Below, piece by piece: positions 28,492 to 38,739 of a stretch of 64,000 nucleotides of DNA. The notes under the pieces were generated by a model. That model ran no database searches. It saw nothing but the letters and a program-made list of their open reading frames with translations, and had not been told where the DNA came from. Each line of letters begins with the position of its first letter. The stretch's first letter is position 1. Origin of the DNA: an uncultured bacterium (GTDB lineage: Bacteria; Patescibacteriota; Minisyncoccia; Phycocordibacterales; GWA1-40-21); NCBI GenBank assembly GCA_963804975.1, contig CAWDSG010000002.1, positions 208,991-272,990 of the forward strand. Reading direction: 5' to 3'. The translations under genes and the position numbers were made by a program.

Positions 28492-30762
28492 ATGTACCTA
28501 AAAGGCATAGAAATTTCCGGTTTTAAATCATTTGGCAAGAAAAGTTCGCTTGATTTCAGCGCGCCTATTTCTGCGATAGTCGGCCCGAACGGCTCCGGCA
28601 AATCAAATGTAGCCGAAGCTTTTTCTTTTGTGCTTGGCGAGCAGTCCATAAAATCTCTGCGTGGGAAAAAGGCTGAAGATCTTATTTTTAACGGCGGAAA
28701 AGAGGCATCTCGTTCAAACCGCGCTTCCGTAAAGCTCATTCTTAACAATGTCCAAAGAATTCTCAATATAGATTTTGACGAAGTTGCCATTGAGCGCGTG
28801 GTCAATCGCGATTCCACAAGCGAATATATTATAAATGGAAGTCCGGTTCGTCTTAAAGATATCATTGAACTATTATCCGGTGCGCATATCGGAGCTTCAG
28901 GACATCAGATAATTTCCCAGGGCGAGGCGGACAAGGTTCTGAACTCAAATATCCGCGAAAGAAGAGACATGATAGAAGACGCTTTAGGCCTTAAAATTTT
29001 TCAATACAAAAAAGAAGAAAGCGAAAGGAAACTTGAAAAGACGGAAGAAAATATAAAACAAGTTGAATCACTCCGAAGAGAAATCGCTCCGCACATCCGT
29101 TTTCTAAAAAAACAGGTGGAGAAAATAGAGAAAACGTTTGAAATGAAAAACAATTTGACTTCCATGTATCACGAATATTTCAGACGCGAGGAAGAATATA
29201 TAAATTATGAGAAAAAAACGATTGCCGGAGAAAAAGAGCCGCTTTTAAAAACAAAAGAAAAACTCGAAAAAGATTTGGCGGCGGCTAGAGAAACTCTCAA
29301 CAAGTCATCCCTGAAAGACAAAAAAAGCGACGAAGTGATGAAGGTTGAAAGCAAGCTAAAGGATGCGAGATTTTCAAAAGATAATCTGACGAGGAGCATC
29401 GGCCGCATTGAAGGGGAAATTTCCTCGCTTCTTAAAATTCTGAAAAAACAAAACGAGGAAAGCGCAAGTGCCCAGAAAAAAACAGTGGAACTGTCACAGG
29501 TGGAAAATATCGCAAAACAGATAAATCTGGAAATAGACGATGCCTTGGAAAGCTCGGACATTTCAAAAATAAAAGAGATTTTCAAATCCATAAAAAATAT
29601 TTTGAAAGATTTTATTGAAAGGCACAAAGAAAGCGAGAGCAAGGAAGCGGCGAGCGAATTGGAAAATGAGATAAAAACGCTTGAAAGCGAGAAAAAGGGC
29701 TATGAAGTGAAAATAAATGAGGCAAACGAACTTGAAACCAAGCTTTTGGAGGAATATTCCTTTCTTAAAAACGAAATAGAAAAGGAAAAGGATTCCAATA
29801 GAGATGCGGAAAAGACAATGTTTCGGATAGTTGCCGAGCAAAATGATATTCGCGGAAAAATATCTGCACTTGAGAGCAGAGAGGCAAGATTGAGGCACGA
29901 CGAGGAAGAATTTCAGAGAGAACTTCAGGAAGGATCTGTTCTTATCGGCGTTTCGGCCTTGCATTATAAGGATTTCCTGCCTACCGGCCAGGCAGGTTGG
30001 CCTATAGAAGATCGTCAGGTGCAAGAAGACAGAAGGCGAGCGTTGGAAAAAATAAAAATCCGCCTTGAGGACGCGGGAATTTCCGGCAGCGATGAAGTCG
30101 TGAAAGAATACAAGGAAACTACAGAAAGAGACAGTTTTTTGGAGCGCGAGCTTGAAGACCTGATAAAGTCATCGCAATCACTGAAAGATCTGATAACGGA
30201 GCTTGGCGAAAAACTTACGACCGAATTCAAGAACGGCGTTGAAAAAATAAACAAGGAGTTCCAAAGATTTTTCATGGCGATGTTCGGCGGAGGCAACGCT
30301 TCGCTTTCTGTCGTAAAAGAAAAAAAGAAGAAAAAATCCGAAACGGAATTGCCGTCCACTTTAGCTGAAGATGAAAGTGAGGACCTTGAGGAAGAAGAGG
30401 AATTGGAAGAGGGGATTGATATTGAAGTTTCTCTGCCGAGGAAAAAAATAAAAGGGCTGATGATGCTCTCCGGAGGTGAGCGGGCGCTTACATCCATCGC
30501 TCTTCTTTTTGCGATTTCTGCAGTAAATCCGCCTCCGTTTATCGTGCTTGATGAGACGGATGCGGCGCTTGATGAGGCCAACTCAAAAAAATACGGCGAT
30601 ATGATTGCCGAGCTTTCAAAATATTCCCAGCTTATTCTCATTACCCACAACAGGGAAACAATGTCCCGCGCCGGAGTTATCTACGGCGTGACAATGGGTT
30701 CTGATGGCGTTTCGCGGCTCCTTTCAATCCAGTTTGAAGAAGCAGTGCAAGTAGCAAAATAG
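28492..30762 (+). CDS. smc: SMC family ATPase (short, 756 aa)
   Basis: GFKSF, GPNGSGKSN, LSGGE, LDETDAALD, ITHN. Confidence 0.92.
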   Translation: MYLKGIEISGFKSFGKKSSLDFSAPISAIVGPNGSGKSNVAEAFSFVLGEQSIKSLRGKKAEDLIFNGGKEASRSNRASVKLILNNVQRILNIDFDEVAIERVVNRDSTSEYIINGSPVRLKDIIELLSGAHIGASGHQIISQGEADKVLNSNIRERRDMIEDALGLKIFQYKKEESERKLEKTEENIKQVESLRREIAPHIRFLKKQVEKIEKTFEMKNNLTSMYHEYFRREEEYINYEKKTIAGEKEPLLKTKEKLEKDLAAARETLNKSSLKDKKSDEVMKVESKLKDARFSKDNLTRSIGRIEGEISSLLKILKKQNEESASAQKKTVELSQVENIAKQINLEIDDALESSDISKIKEIFKSIKNILKDFIERHKESESKEAASELENEIKTLESEKKGYEVKINEANELETKLLEEYSFLKNEIEKEKDSNRDAEKTMFRIVAEQNDIRGKISALESREARLRHDEEEFQRELQEGSVLIGVSALHYKDFLPTGQAGWPIEDRQVQEDRRRALEKIKIRLEDAGISGSDEVVKEYKETTERDSFLERELEDLIKSSQSLKDLITELGEKLTTEFKNGVEKINKEFQRFFMAMFGGGNASLSVVKEKKKKKSETELPSTLAEDESEDLEEEEELEEGIDIEVSLPRKKIKGLMMLSGGERALTSIALLFAISAVNPPPFIVLDETDAALDEANSKKYGDMIAELSKYSQLILITHNRETMSRAGVIYGVTMGSDGVSRLLSIQFEEAVQVAK
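29976..29996 (+). repeat. 21-bp in-frame element (LPTGQAG) in smc
   Basis: cctgcctaccggccaggcagg. Confidence 0.95.
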
Positions 30763-30788
30763 TAATAATTTGTTATAATTATTTTATT

Positions 30789-31451
30789 ATGGAAGGAACG
30801 GAACGACAAAATAATAATGAGCAGATTGTATATGCTGGTTTTTGGATTCGAGCTGGGGCCGCTTTAATTGATGGTTTGATAATTAATATTATAATGGGAA
30901 TTCTAGTTGTTTTATTTACACCTAATGGTTCCCACACATCTATTTTTTACAGCCTCATTCCTCTTTGGATTTATGAAATCGTATTGACATATTATTTTAG
31001 CGCTACATTAGGGAAAATGGCAATGGGTATAAAAGTTGTTTCCAATAATCTTGGCAAAATATCTTTTATCCAAGTTCTTTTAAGAGAAACTATTGGCAAA
31101 TTTCTTTCCAGTGTTCTTTTGATGATTGGTTTTATTATGATTGCGTTTGATGGAAAAAAACAAGGATTGCACGATAAAATTGCTCGATCTTTGGTTATAA
31201 AAGAACCGACGAAAAAAGTTAAAAAATGGATTCTTGTTTTGGCTATTTTGCTAATTTTAGTGCCGTCAATAATAGGTTTTGTTTTAATCGGTGCTGTTAT
31301 GCATGATTTCAATTTAATCAAATCTGGCAGTCAAATATCTTCTTCCACGTCTGCTTTTAGGGTAGTATCAAAAGATAATGGCGAGGTAATTTTTACAACT
31401 AAAATGATGCCATCCTTTTTTGATGAGCTGGCAAAAAAGTTATTAAAATAA
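30789..31451 (+). CDS. RDD family membrane protein
   Basis: YAGFWIRAGAALID, TLGKMAMGIKVV, QGLHDKIA. Confidence 0.9.
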   Translation: MEGTERQNNNEQIVYAGFWIRAGAALIDGLIINIIMGILVVLFTPNGSHTSIFYSLIPLWIYEIVLTYYFSATLGKMAMGIKVVSNNLGKISFIQVLLRETIGKFLSSVLLMIGFIMIAFDGKKQGLHDKIARSLVIKEPTKKVKKWILVLAILLILVPSIIGFVLIGAVMHDFNLIKSGSQISSSTSAFRVVSKDNGEVIFTTKMMPSFFDELAKKLLK

Positions 31452-31494
31452 AAAAAGCCACGGGATATCATCCAATGGCTTTTGGGAATGTGCT

Positions 31495-31878
31495 TTAAAT
31501 TATAGGAATAAACTTGGCACAATTCTTAGGAAAAACCAAACATCTTCCGTAATGGAAAGCAGCTGGCACGTTTGCTTTCCACCACCCGGCGGCTTTTGAA
31601 TTATTTTTTTGGAGCAACTCCATCGCTCCTTCAGCATTTACTTGATAACCCTTGCCATCCGTGAATTTACCGGAACGAATCTCCCGTGTTGGTAATTTTT
31701 GGTGTTCGAGCACTGGCAATACCAAACCAATCCATGCTTTTCTGACCCACTTCGGGGCTTCACTTGGCGGTGCTGAAATAATTTTAATTCTGCCAATCGG
31801 TTTTTCAGGAATTGGACCGATCTGATGATCCATTGGATCACTTTCCAAATTTCTGTCGCACGAACGACATTTTGCCAT
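31495..31878 (-). CDS. orphan protein with N-terminal CxxC
   Basis: AAGGAGGTGA SD before ATG 31878. Confidence 0.65.
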   Translation of the reverse strand: MAKCRSCDRNLESDPMDHQIGPIPEKPIGRIKIISAPPSEAPKWVRKAWIGLVLPVLEHQKLPTREIRSGKFTDGKGYQVNAEGAMELLQKNNSKAAGWWKANVPAAFHYGRCLVFPKNCAKFIPII

Positions 31879-31933
31879 TTTTCTCACCTCCTTGGAATGA
31901 ACAGCTAAAGTAATCCTAGCAAATAGAAACTTA

Positions 31934-33946
31934 CTATTCAACTACCTCATAATCCATCTGCTTTCTGTCTAGGTCTGCGCTGACAAGCTTGATTTTTACC
32001 TTTTGTCCTAGCGAAAAAGTTCTTTTTGTTTTTTCGCCGACAATGGCGTATTTTTTGGGATTGAAGACATAAAAATCGTCTCCGAGTGAAGAAAGCTTAA
32101 TCATTCCTTCGGCTCTGGTTTGCGTATCTTCCGCATATATGCCCCATTCGGTGACGCCGGTAATAAGTCCGTCAAAAATTTGCCCGACTTTATCCTGCAT
32201 AAATTCCACCTGCTTGTATTTTCTTGCGTCTCGCTCGGCTTCCGAAGCTTTTATTTCTTGGTCGGTGGAATGTTGGCAAGCTTTCTCATAAAAAGCCAGA
32301 TTTTTTTCCTGAACGGAATTTTTTGAAAGAATGTTTCCGAGAATTCTGTGCACCAAAAGGTCCGGATATCTTCTGATAGGCGAGGTGAAGTGCGCGTAAT
32401 ATTCAAACGCAAGTCCGAAATGGCCGATATTTTTTACCGAATAAATCGCTTTGGCCATTGAGCGCACTGCGGCAGTTTTTACCAAAGCTTCCTCCGCCTT
32501 TCCTTCCACTTGAGCGAAAAGCGCCTGCATATCCTTGCCGGTGATGCTTCCGTTTTTGCCGATGATAAGCTCATGCCCCAGTGCTTTTACAAACACCGAA
32601 AGTTCGGTGATCTTTTCTCTGTCCGGAAAATCGTGTATCCTGTACGGAATGGGGAAAAGTTTCCCGGATTTCTTTTCAAATTTATAAACAAACTCGGCGA
32701 CTTCTTTGTTTGCAAGAAGCATAAATTCCTCCACGAGTTTGTGGGTATCAAGCCATTCTTTTTTGTAAATTCTTATCGGTTTGCCGCTCTGGTCAAGCTC
32801 AAAAGCGATCTCTTCCTGCTCAAAATCAATCGCGCCTTTTTGCCATTTTTCTTTTCTCAATATTTTTGCAATTTTGTTTAGAGTATCCAGTTCCTCAAAG
32901 AATCGCCCGGATTTTTGATTGATAATTTCCTGCGCGCTTTCGTATGAAAATCTTTTATCCGATTTGATGACAGTTCTTCCGAACCATTTTGAATGCACTT
33001 TTGCCCACGCATCCATTTCAAATATCGCGGAAAATGTGAGTTTATCTTCATTTTCATTCAAACTGCAGAGATTGTCGGAAAGCTCAAAGGGAAGCATCGG
33101 TATTGTTCTGTCAGGCAAATACACCGAACATCCTCGATTGTAGGCCTCCTTATCAAGTTCACTTCTTTCTTTTACATAATAAGATACATCGGCAATATGA
33201 ATACCGATTTCAAAATTTCCATTTTGAAGTTTTTTGAAAGATATGGCGTCGTCAAAATCTTTTGCGTTTTTCGGGTCAATGGTAAAAGTGAGTGTGTTTC
33301 GCAAATCTTTTCTATTTGCAATTTCTTCTTTTGGAATATTTCTATTTTGTTCAAAAATTACTTTTGATTCTCTGGAAGCACTCTCGGGAAATTCAATATT
33401 AAAACCTTTATCAATGGCAATAGAATTCATTTCCGTGGAGTTTTCGCCCTTTTTTCCAAGAACGGCTATGATTTCTCCTTCGGCAAAATTTTGCATTGGA
33501 ACCCACTTCGTAATTTTTATTTTTACTTTATCTTCGTCTTTTGCACTGCCTATTTTTTCACGTGGAATTTTTACGGACATCTTTAATTTCTTGTCATCTG
33601 GCGCAAAAGCAATTCCTTTTCCTGCCTGGCCGGCAGGCAGGTCTGAAATTAAAACAGTGCCGACAAAATAACTTTTTGCTCTCTCTATAACTCTCACAAC
33701 TTCTCCGCCCGATAATCCGGATTTGCTTTTTCCGTAGATTTTTACTTCAACTTTGTCTCCGGACATCGCGGAGTTCAAATCTCTCGCGGATATTTCAGCC
33801 TCAACATCTCCTTTTTCAGCCAAAAAATAGGCGATATTGCCTCGTATGGATTTTATCGTGCCGATAAATATTTTACTTTTTCCATTTTGTCCGGATTTTT
33901 CGTGGAGATTTTTTCTATCTCTTCTGAATCTTTTATAGTTTTTCAT
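31934..33946 (-). CDS. rnr: ribonuclease R
   Basis: TIDPKNAKDFDDA, HIADVS, HFTSPIRRYPD, S1 domain. Confidence 0.95.
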   Translation of the reverse strand: MKNYKRFRRDRKNLHEKSGQNGKSKIFIGTIKSIRGNIAYFLAEKGDVEAEISARDLNSAMSGDKVEVKIYGKSKSGLSGGEVVRVIERAKSYFVGTVLISDLPAGQAGKGIAFAPDDKKLKMSVKIPREKIGSAKDEDKVKIKITKWVPMQNFAEGEIIAVLGKKGENSTEMNSIAIDKGFNIEFPESASRESKVIFEQNRNIPKEEIANRKDLRNTLTFTIDPKNAKDFDDAISFKKLQNGNFEIGIHIADVSYYVKERSELDKEAYNRGCSVYLPDRTIPMLPFELSDNLCSLNENEDKLTFSAIFEMDAWAKVHSKWFGRTVIKSDKRFSYESAQEIINQKSGRFFEELDTLNKIAKILRKEKWQKGAIDFEQEEIAFELDQSGKPIRIYKKEWLDTHKLVEEFMLLANKEVAEFVYKFEKKSGKLFPIPYRIHDFPDREKITELSVFVKALGHELIIGKNGSITGKDMQALFAQVEGKAEEALVKTAAVRSMAKAIYSVKNIGHFGLAFEYYAHFTSPIRRYPDLLVHRILGNILSKNSVQEKNLAFYEKACQHSTDQEIKASEAERDARKYKQVEFMQDKVGQIFDGLITGVTEWGIYAEDTQTRAEGMIKLSSLGDDFYVFNPKKYAIVGEKTKRTFSLGQKVKIKLVSADLDRKQMDYEVVE
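33621..33641 (-). repeat. 21-bp in-frame element (LPAGQAG) in rnr
   Basis: Sense cctgcctgccggccaggcagg. Confidence 0.95.
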
Positions 33947-34027
33947 TATAAATAAAGTTTAGCACAAAATTATTATATTGGCATTAATCTTGCATATTTG
34001 CGGTTTTTTGCTAGTATGTACGCTACA

Positions 34028-34477
34028 ATGTTAATAATAAGATTACAAAGAAAAGGCAGAGTGCACGAACCGACTTTTCGCATAGTTGTCACCGATTCAA
34101 AATTCGGGGTAAAATCCGGCAAACCTGTCGAGGTTATCGGCTCTTATGATCCAAGAAAAGGAAAAGGCAATAACAGCGTAGATGGAGAAAGAGTGAAATA
34201 CTGGATATCAAAAGGAGCACAAGTTTCCGATACGGTATATAATTTTATGATAGACCAGAAAGTTCTTACAGGGAAAAAGATAAATGTACTTCCCAAGAAT
34301 AAAATAATAAACGCAAAGAAAGCCAAAGACCTGCCTACCGGCCAGGCAGGAGCGGAAGCGGCGGCAAAAGCTTCAAAACCGGATTTGACAAGCTCACCGC
34401 AAGAAAAGCCGGCAAAAGAAATGCCAGCTGCAGAAGCAAAAGTAGAACCGGCTCCAGAACCGGCCGTTGTTCAATAA
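34028..34477 (+). CDS. rpsP: 30S ribosomal protein S16 with C-terminal extension
   Basis: IRLQRKG, FRIVV, GSYDP, YWISKGAQVSDTV. Confidence 0.94.
   Translation: MLIIRLQRKGRVHEPTFRIVVTDSKFGVKSGKPVEVIGSYDPRKGKGNNSVDGERVKYWISKGAQVSDTVYNFMIDQKVLTGKKINVLPKNKIINAKKAKDLPTGQAGAEAAAKASKPDLTSSPQEKPAKEMPAAEAKVEPAPEPAVVQ
34330..34350 (+). repeat. 21-bp in-frame element (LPTGQAG) in rpsP
   Basis: cctgcctaccggccaggcagg. Confidence 0.95.
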
Positions 34478-34480
34478 ACC

Positions 34481-34590
34481 GGCTCACTCGGCAAATGTTT
34501 TGAAATGCACGAAAATTTAATGCTTTAAATTTTCTCTGTCCGTCGCCGTCGCTCCTCCCAAGGCATTTAAAAACATCCGCTTCGCTCGCC
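34481..34590 (-). repeat. intergenic branched palindromic element, copy E
   Basis: Flanks like copy A; TGCT-loop stem aaaatttaa/ttaaatttt; cgccgtcgctc. Confidence 0.8.
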
Positions 34591-34705
34591 AATTTTCTTA
34601 TTTGCCAACTTTTTTCTTTGTGATATTATTCAAAATAGGCAGTATTTTATAAATTATATACCGGTCGAATTACTGCAGATACTAAATCAGAATCATATTA
34701 AAAAA

Positions 34706-35032
34706 ATGTCAGAAAACGATGCAAAATTCCTGGAATTCGTTATAAAGGCTTTGGTTGACAGTCCGGATAAGGTAAAAATCAAGAGGACTGTGGACGAAAT
34801 GGGCGTGTTGCTGACTCTCGTCGTGGATAATGCCGATATGGGCAAAGTCATCGGAAGATCAGGTAATACCGCAAAAGCCATCAGAACGCTTTTGAGAGTT
34901 GTCGGGATGAAGAACAATTCAAGAGTGAATTTGAAAATCGAAGAACCGGAGGGTAGCACAAGAATGGTGCCTGTTTCGAAAGAGCAAGGTTCAAAGACAG
35001 TGGACGAAGCAATGGCAGATTTGAATCTCTAA
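34706..35032 (+). CDS. khpA: KH-domain RNA-binding protein (KhpA/YlqC)
   Basis: DMGKVIGRSGNTAKAIR; rpsP-khpA-trmD synteny. Confidence 0.9.
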   Translation: MSENDAKFLEFVIKALVDSPDKVKIKRTVDEMGVLLTLVVDNADMGKVIGRSGNTAKAIRTLLRVVGMKNNSRVNLKIEEPEGSTRMVPVSKEQGSKTVDEAMADLNL

Positions 35033-35123
35033 ATAGAAAATTGGTTTTAAAAAAGGCGCTCCGACCAAAAGTCGGAGTGCCTTTTGATTTGTATTTTTAA
35101 GTTTTTTGTTTTAATCTAACCAT

Positions 35124-35792
35124 ATGAATTTTCATATTATCACATTATTTCCGGAATCTTTCAGTTCGTATTTAAACGAGTCAATTTTGGCGAGGGCGAT
35201 AAGAGAGAAAAAAATCAAAGTAAATTTTTACAATCCTCGTGATTTTGCAAAAATTACAAAAGTTCAAAAAGCCAAAAGCAAGCCGTATAAAAGAGTGGAT
35301 GATATTCCGTATGGCGGCGGCCCAGGTATGGTGATGCAGGCTGAGCCGGTAGTGAAAGCCATTGAAAAAGCGGTTAAAAAAAGCAAAAAAGCAAAGACGA
35401 AAATAATCTTTTTATCGCCAGCTGGCAAGCAGTTTGATACTGCCTATGCGAAGTCGGTTGCGAATAAATATACCGACATAATTATTATTTCCGGAAGATA
35501 TGAGGGGATAGACGAGCGAGTAAATAAAATTTTTAAAACAGAAAAAATTACTGTCGGACCGTTTGTACTTACCGGCGGTGAACTTCCAGCTATGATCATA
35601 ATGGATTGTATTTCGCGCCAAGTAAAAGGAGTCCTAGGTAATAAAAGCTCGCTTGAAGAAGAGCGGATTTCAAGCAGTGAAGTTTACACTCGCCCGGAAG
35701 TTCTCATATATAAAAGCAAAAAATATAGCGTGCCGAAAGTCCTGCTTTCCGGAAATCATAAATTGATTGATGTATGGAGAAAAGATAAATAG
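35124..35792 (+). CDS. trmD: tRNA (guanine-N1)-methyltransferase
   Basis: DDIPYGGGPGM, GRYEGIDER, VLTGGE, LLSGNH. Confidence 0.96.
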   Translation: MNFHIITLFPESFSSYLNESILARAIREKKIKVNFYNPRDFAKITKVQKAKSKPYKRVDDIPYGGGPGMVMQAEPVVKAIEKAVKKSKKAKTKIIFLSPAGKQFDTAYAKSVANKYTDIIIISGRYEGIDERVNKIFKTEKITVGPFVLTGGELPAMIIMDCISRQVKGVLGNKSSLEEERISSSEVYTRPEVLIYKSKKYSVPKVLLSGNHKLIDVWRKDK

Positions 35793-35812
35793 AAAATGCT
35801 ACAATCATTTCC

Positions 35813-37501
35813 ATGACCCAAAAGGAAGCGATGGAAATTTTAAAGATGGGATACAACTGCTACGTTACCGGCGCGGCAGGTTCAGGCAAAACGCATCTTT
35901 TGAATGAGTATGTGAAATTTTTAAAAAACAAAGGTGTTGAAGTTGGTGTTACGGCTTCCACCGGCATTGCAGCTACTCACATGGGAGGAATGACAATTCA
36001 TTCGTGGTCTGGACTTGGAATTGCCGATACTCTTACGGAATACGATTTGGAAGAATTGGAAACGAAAAAATATTTGCAGGACAGATTGAAAAGTACCCAA
36101 GTGCTCATTATTGATGAAATTTCAATGCTTCATCATTATCGCTTTGATCTTGTGGAAAGAATCGCAAGACACTTGAAAAGAAATAGCTTGCCGTTTGGCG
36201 GAATGCAGATTATTCTTTGCGGCGATTTTTTCCAGCTTCCGCCGGTTTCTCGTGCGGGCGATTTGGAATCGTTTTTCTCATACAAATCCGAGACATGGAA
36301 AAAACTTAATCTAAAAATTTGTTATTTGGAAGAGCAGTACAGGCACAAAGACGACAAAATTTTGAAAGTCCTGAACGAAATCAGAAAAAACTGTGTGAGC
36401 GAAGAATCTCTATTTCATTTAAAATCGTGTTTTGACAGGAATTTAACTGACGAAATTTATCCGACAAAACTTCATACGCATAATATTGACGTTGATTCAA
36501 TAAACGATGCTGAATTGAATAAATTGCCTGGGCAAATATATGTTTTTAATATGGAAAGCAAAGGCAGGAGGCCTCTCGTGGACGCGCTCAAAAAAAGCTG
36601 TCTTGCACCGGACATGCTTCGCTTGAAAAAAGGAGCAAGAGTGATGTTTGTGAAAAATAATTTTGATGAAGGATATGCAAATGGCACTCTTGGCAAAGTA
36701 ATTGAATGTTCATCAATGGGGCCGAAAATTATGCTTGCTTCCGGAAAAATAATCGTGCCGGAAAAAGTTTCCTGGGTGGTGGAAGAAGAGGGAAAAAGAA
36801 AAGCGATGATAGAACAATATCCGCTCCGGCTTGCTTGGGCTATTACAGTGCATAAAAGCCAAGGGATGAGCTTGGAAGCCGCGGAAATTGATTTATCAAA
36901 ATCTTTTGAAAAAGGAATGGGCTATGTGGCGCTTTCCCGTGTCCGCGAGCTTTCAGGACTCCGGCTTCTTGGTTTGAACAAAAATGCTCTTGAAGTCAGA
37001 GGCGATATTTTGGAATTTGATGAGGATTTGAGGGAAATGTCGGCGGAAGATAAAAAGTGGCTTTATTCTCTTGATGATAAAGAAGTGAAAGATAAGCAGG
37101 AGAAATTTTTGAAAAAAATTTCGCCTATTGATGGTACACCTGCAAAGAAAAATAAACCTGCCCGGTCAGGGAAGAACCGAATTTCTCTGGTGGAGCAGAC
37201 AAAAAATATGTTAAAAGAGGGAATGGGGCTGAAAGAAATTTTAAATATCAGGGGTGTGACTATCGGTACGATACTTGATCACATAGAAAAAATTTTGGAA
37301 AAAGAGCCGAATTTTGACATCAATCATTTGAAAAAGGAAGTGCCGCCGGGAAAATTCAAAAAAGCTTACATGGCTTTCAGAGAACTTTACGGAGTAAACC
37401 GAGATTTTCTTCTGGCTCCCGTGAAAAACAAGCTCGGCGACGGAATTTCTTACGAAGAACTTCGTATTGTCAGATTGTTCGTGAAAAACGCCATTTCATA
37501 A
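35813..37501 (+). CDS. Pif1-like SF1 helicase with C-terminal HTH
   Basis: GAAGSGKT, DEISM, PFGG..GDFFQLPPV, AWAITVHKSQG, YVALSR. Confidence 0.88.
   Translation: MTQKEAMEILKMGYNCYVTGAAGSGKTHLLNEYVKFLKNKGVEVGVTASTGIAATHMGGMTIHSWSGLGIADTLTEYDLEELETKKYLQDRLKSTQVLIIDEISMLHHYRFDLVERIARHLKRNSLPFGGMQIILCGDFFQLPPVSRAGDLESFFSYKSETWKKLNLKICYLEEQYRHKDDKILKVLNEIRKNCVSEESLFHLKSCFDRNLTDEIYPTKLHTHNIDVDSINDAELNKLPGQIYVFNMESKGRRPLVDALKKSCLAPDMLRLKKGARVMFVKNNFDEGYANGTLGKVIECSSMGPKIMLASGKIIVPEKVSWVVEEEGKRKAMIEQYPLRLAWAITVHKSQGMSLEAAEIDLSKSFEKGMGYVALSRVRELSGLRLLGLNKNALEVRGDILEFDEDLREMSAEDKKWLYSLDDKEVKDKQEKFLKKISPIDGTPAKKNKPARSGKNRISLVEQTKNMLKEGMGLKEILNIRGVTIGTILDHIEKILEKEPNFDINHLKKEVPPGKFKKAYMAFRELYGVNRDFLLAPVKNKLGDGISYEELRIVRLFVKNAIS
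37157..37171 (+). repeat. 15-bp in-frame element (PARSG) in Pif1-like helicase
   Basis: cctgcccggtcaggg. Confidence 0.65.
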
Positions 37502-37634
37502 ATGTATTTGACAATTTCTTTCTTTCGTGTATACTTGCTCTAATTAAGAAGTATCTTGGTTATGTTAGAGATTAGTCGTCTTTTCGTTTCAAAAGGGTCT
37601 TAAGGTTTATTAAGTGCGGGTAATTATTTTTAGG

Positions 37635-37901
37635 ATGAAGAAATTATACGTTGGTGGTGTTTCTTACAACACTACAGAGGATGGTTTAAGAGTTGCTTTT
37701 TCAAAAGCAGGAGAGGTCGCGTCAGTAGCTATTATCACGGATAAAATGACCGGGAGATCAAAAGGATTCGGTTTCGTCGAAATGGCTTCGGAAGCAGACG
37801 CAAAGGCCGCCATAGAAATGTGGAATGGCAAAGAGCTTGACGGCAGAAAATTGACCGTCAACGAAGCAAGACCAAAAGAAGAGAGACCTTCAAGATACTA
37901 A
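37635..37901 (+). CDS. RRM-domain RNA-binding protein
   Basis: KLYVGG (RNP2), KGFGFVEM (RNP1), VNEARP. Confidence 0.93.
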   Translation: MKKLYVGGVSYNTTEDGLRVAFSKAGEVASVAIITDKMTGRSKGFGFVEMASEADAKAAIEMWNGKELDGRKLTVNEARPKEERPSRY

Positions 37902-37979
37902 TTTAATTTTTAAATTAAATCTGAAAAAAGAGGCGCGCCCGGAGGGCGCGCCTCTTTCATTGTGTGGTATAATCTTTTT

Positions 37980-38732
37980 GTGAAAAACAAACTGATTTTT
38001 TTGGATACCGAAACGACCGGCAATGAAATCGGCAAAGACCGCCTTTGTCAAATTTGTTTTGAAACGGAAAAAGGGATAGAGACGTGCTATTTCAAACCGC
38101 CATTGCCGGTATCAGTAAAATCCACAAGCATTACTCATATCACAAATAAGATGCTTGCCGATAAAGAAAAGTTTTTAAACAGCAAGATGGCGAAAGAATT
38201 AAAAACTATTTTGAAAAACGGAATACTGGTTGCCCATAATGCAAAATTTGATATTGCCATGCTCGAAGCAGAGGGACTTTCCGTTCCAAAATTCATTTGT
38301 ACCTTGCGTGTCGCGAGATTTTTGGATAAGGAAAATAAAATTCCGGAATATGGCTTGCAGTATTTGCGGTATTACCTTGATCTTGATGTGGAAGCTCACG
38401 CACATAATGCCGAGGATGATGTAAAGGTATTACATGCGCTTTTCGAACGGCTTTTGGCGAAAATAAAAGACCCCAGTGAAGTAAAAAATTCAAAACTTCA
38501 CGGGGCAGGAGAAACTGGAAATGAAGATAAAGCTATTGAAAAAATGATTGAAATTTCTAAAAATCCTTCTTTGTTTGTAAAATTTAATTTTGGCAAATAC
38601 AAAGATCAGGTAATTGAAGATGTTTTAAAATCAGACAGAAGATACCTTGAATGGCTTCTTGGCGAGAAGCTTAAAAATGATGCTAACGATGAGGACTGGA
38701 TTTACACTCTGCAATATTATCTGGATAAATAA
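37980..38732 (+). CDS. DEDDh 3'-5' exonuclease (DnaQ/ExoX-like)
   Basis: DTETTG, HNAKFD, AHNAEDD, FGKYK tail. Confidence 0.88.
   Translation: MKNKLIFLDTETTGNEIGKDRLCQICFETEKGIETCYFKPPLPVSVKSTSITHITNKMLADKEKFLNSKMAKELKTILKNGILVAHNAKFDIAMLEAEGLSVPKFICTLRVARFLDKENKIPEYGLQYLRYYLDLDVEAHAHNAEDDVKVLHALFERLLAKIKDPSEVKNSKLHGAGETGNEDKAIEKMIEISKNPSLFVKFNFGKYKDQVIEDVLKSDRRYLEWLLGEKLKNDANDEDWIYTLQYYLDK
38469..38507 (+). repeat. 39-bp in-frame palindromic element (DPSEVKNSKLHGA)
   Basis: cccc(a)gtgaagt...acttcacgggg; second copy 55024-55062. Confidence 0.85.
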
Positions 38733-38739
38733 TCATAAA

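Noticed and set aside
34385-34403. Possible extra element ttgacaagctcaccgcaag (LTSSPQ) in the S16 tail
   Set aside because: Single copy in the window and a weak palindrome.
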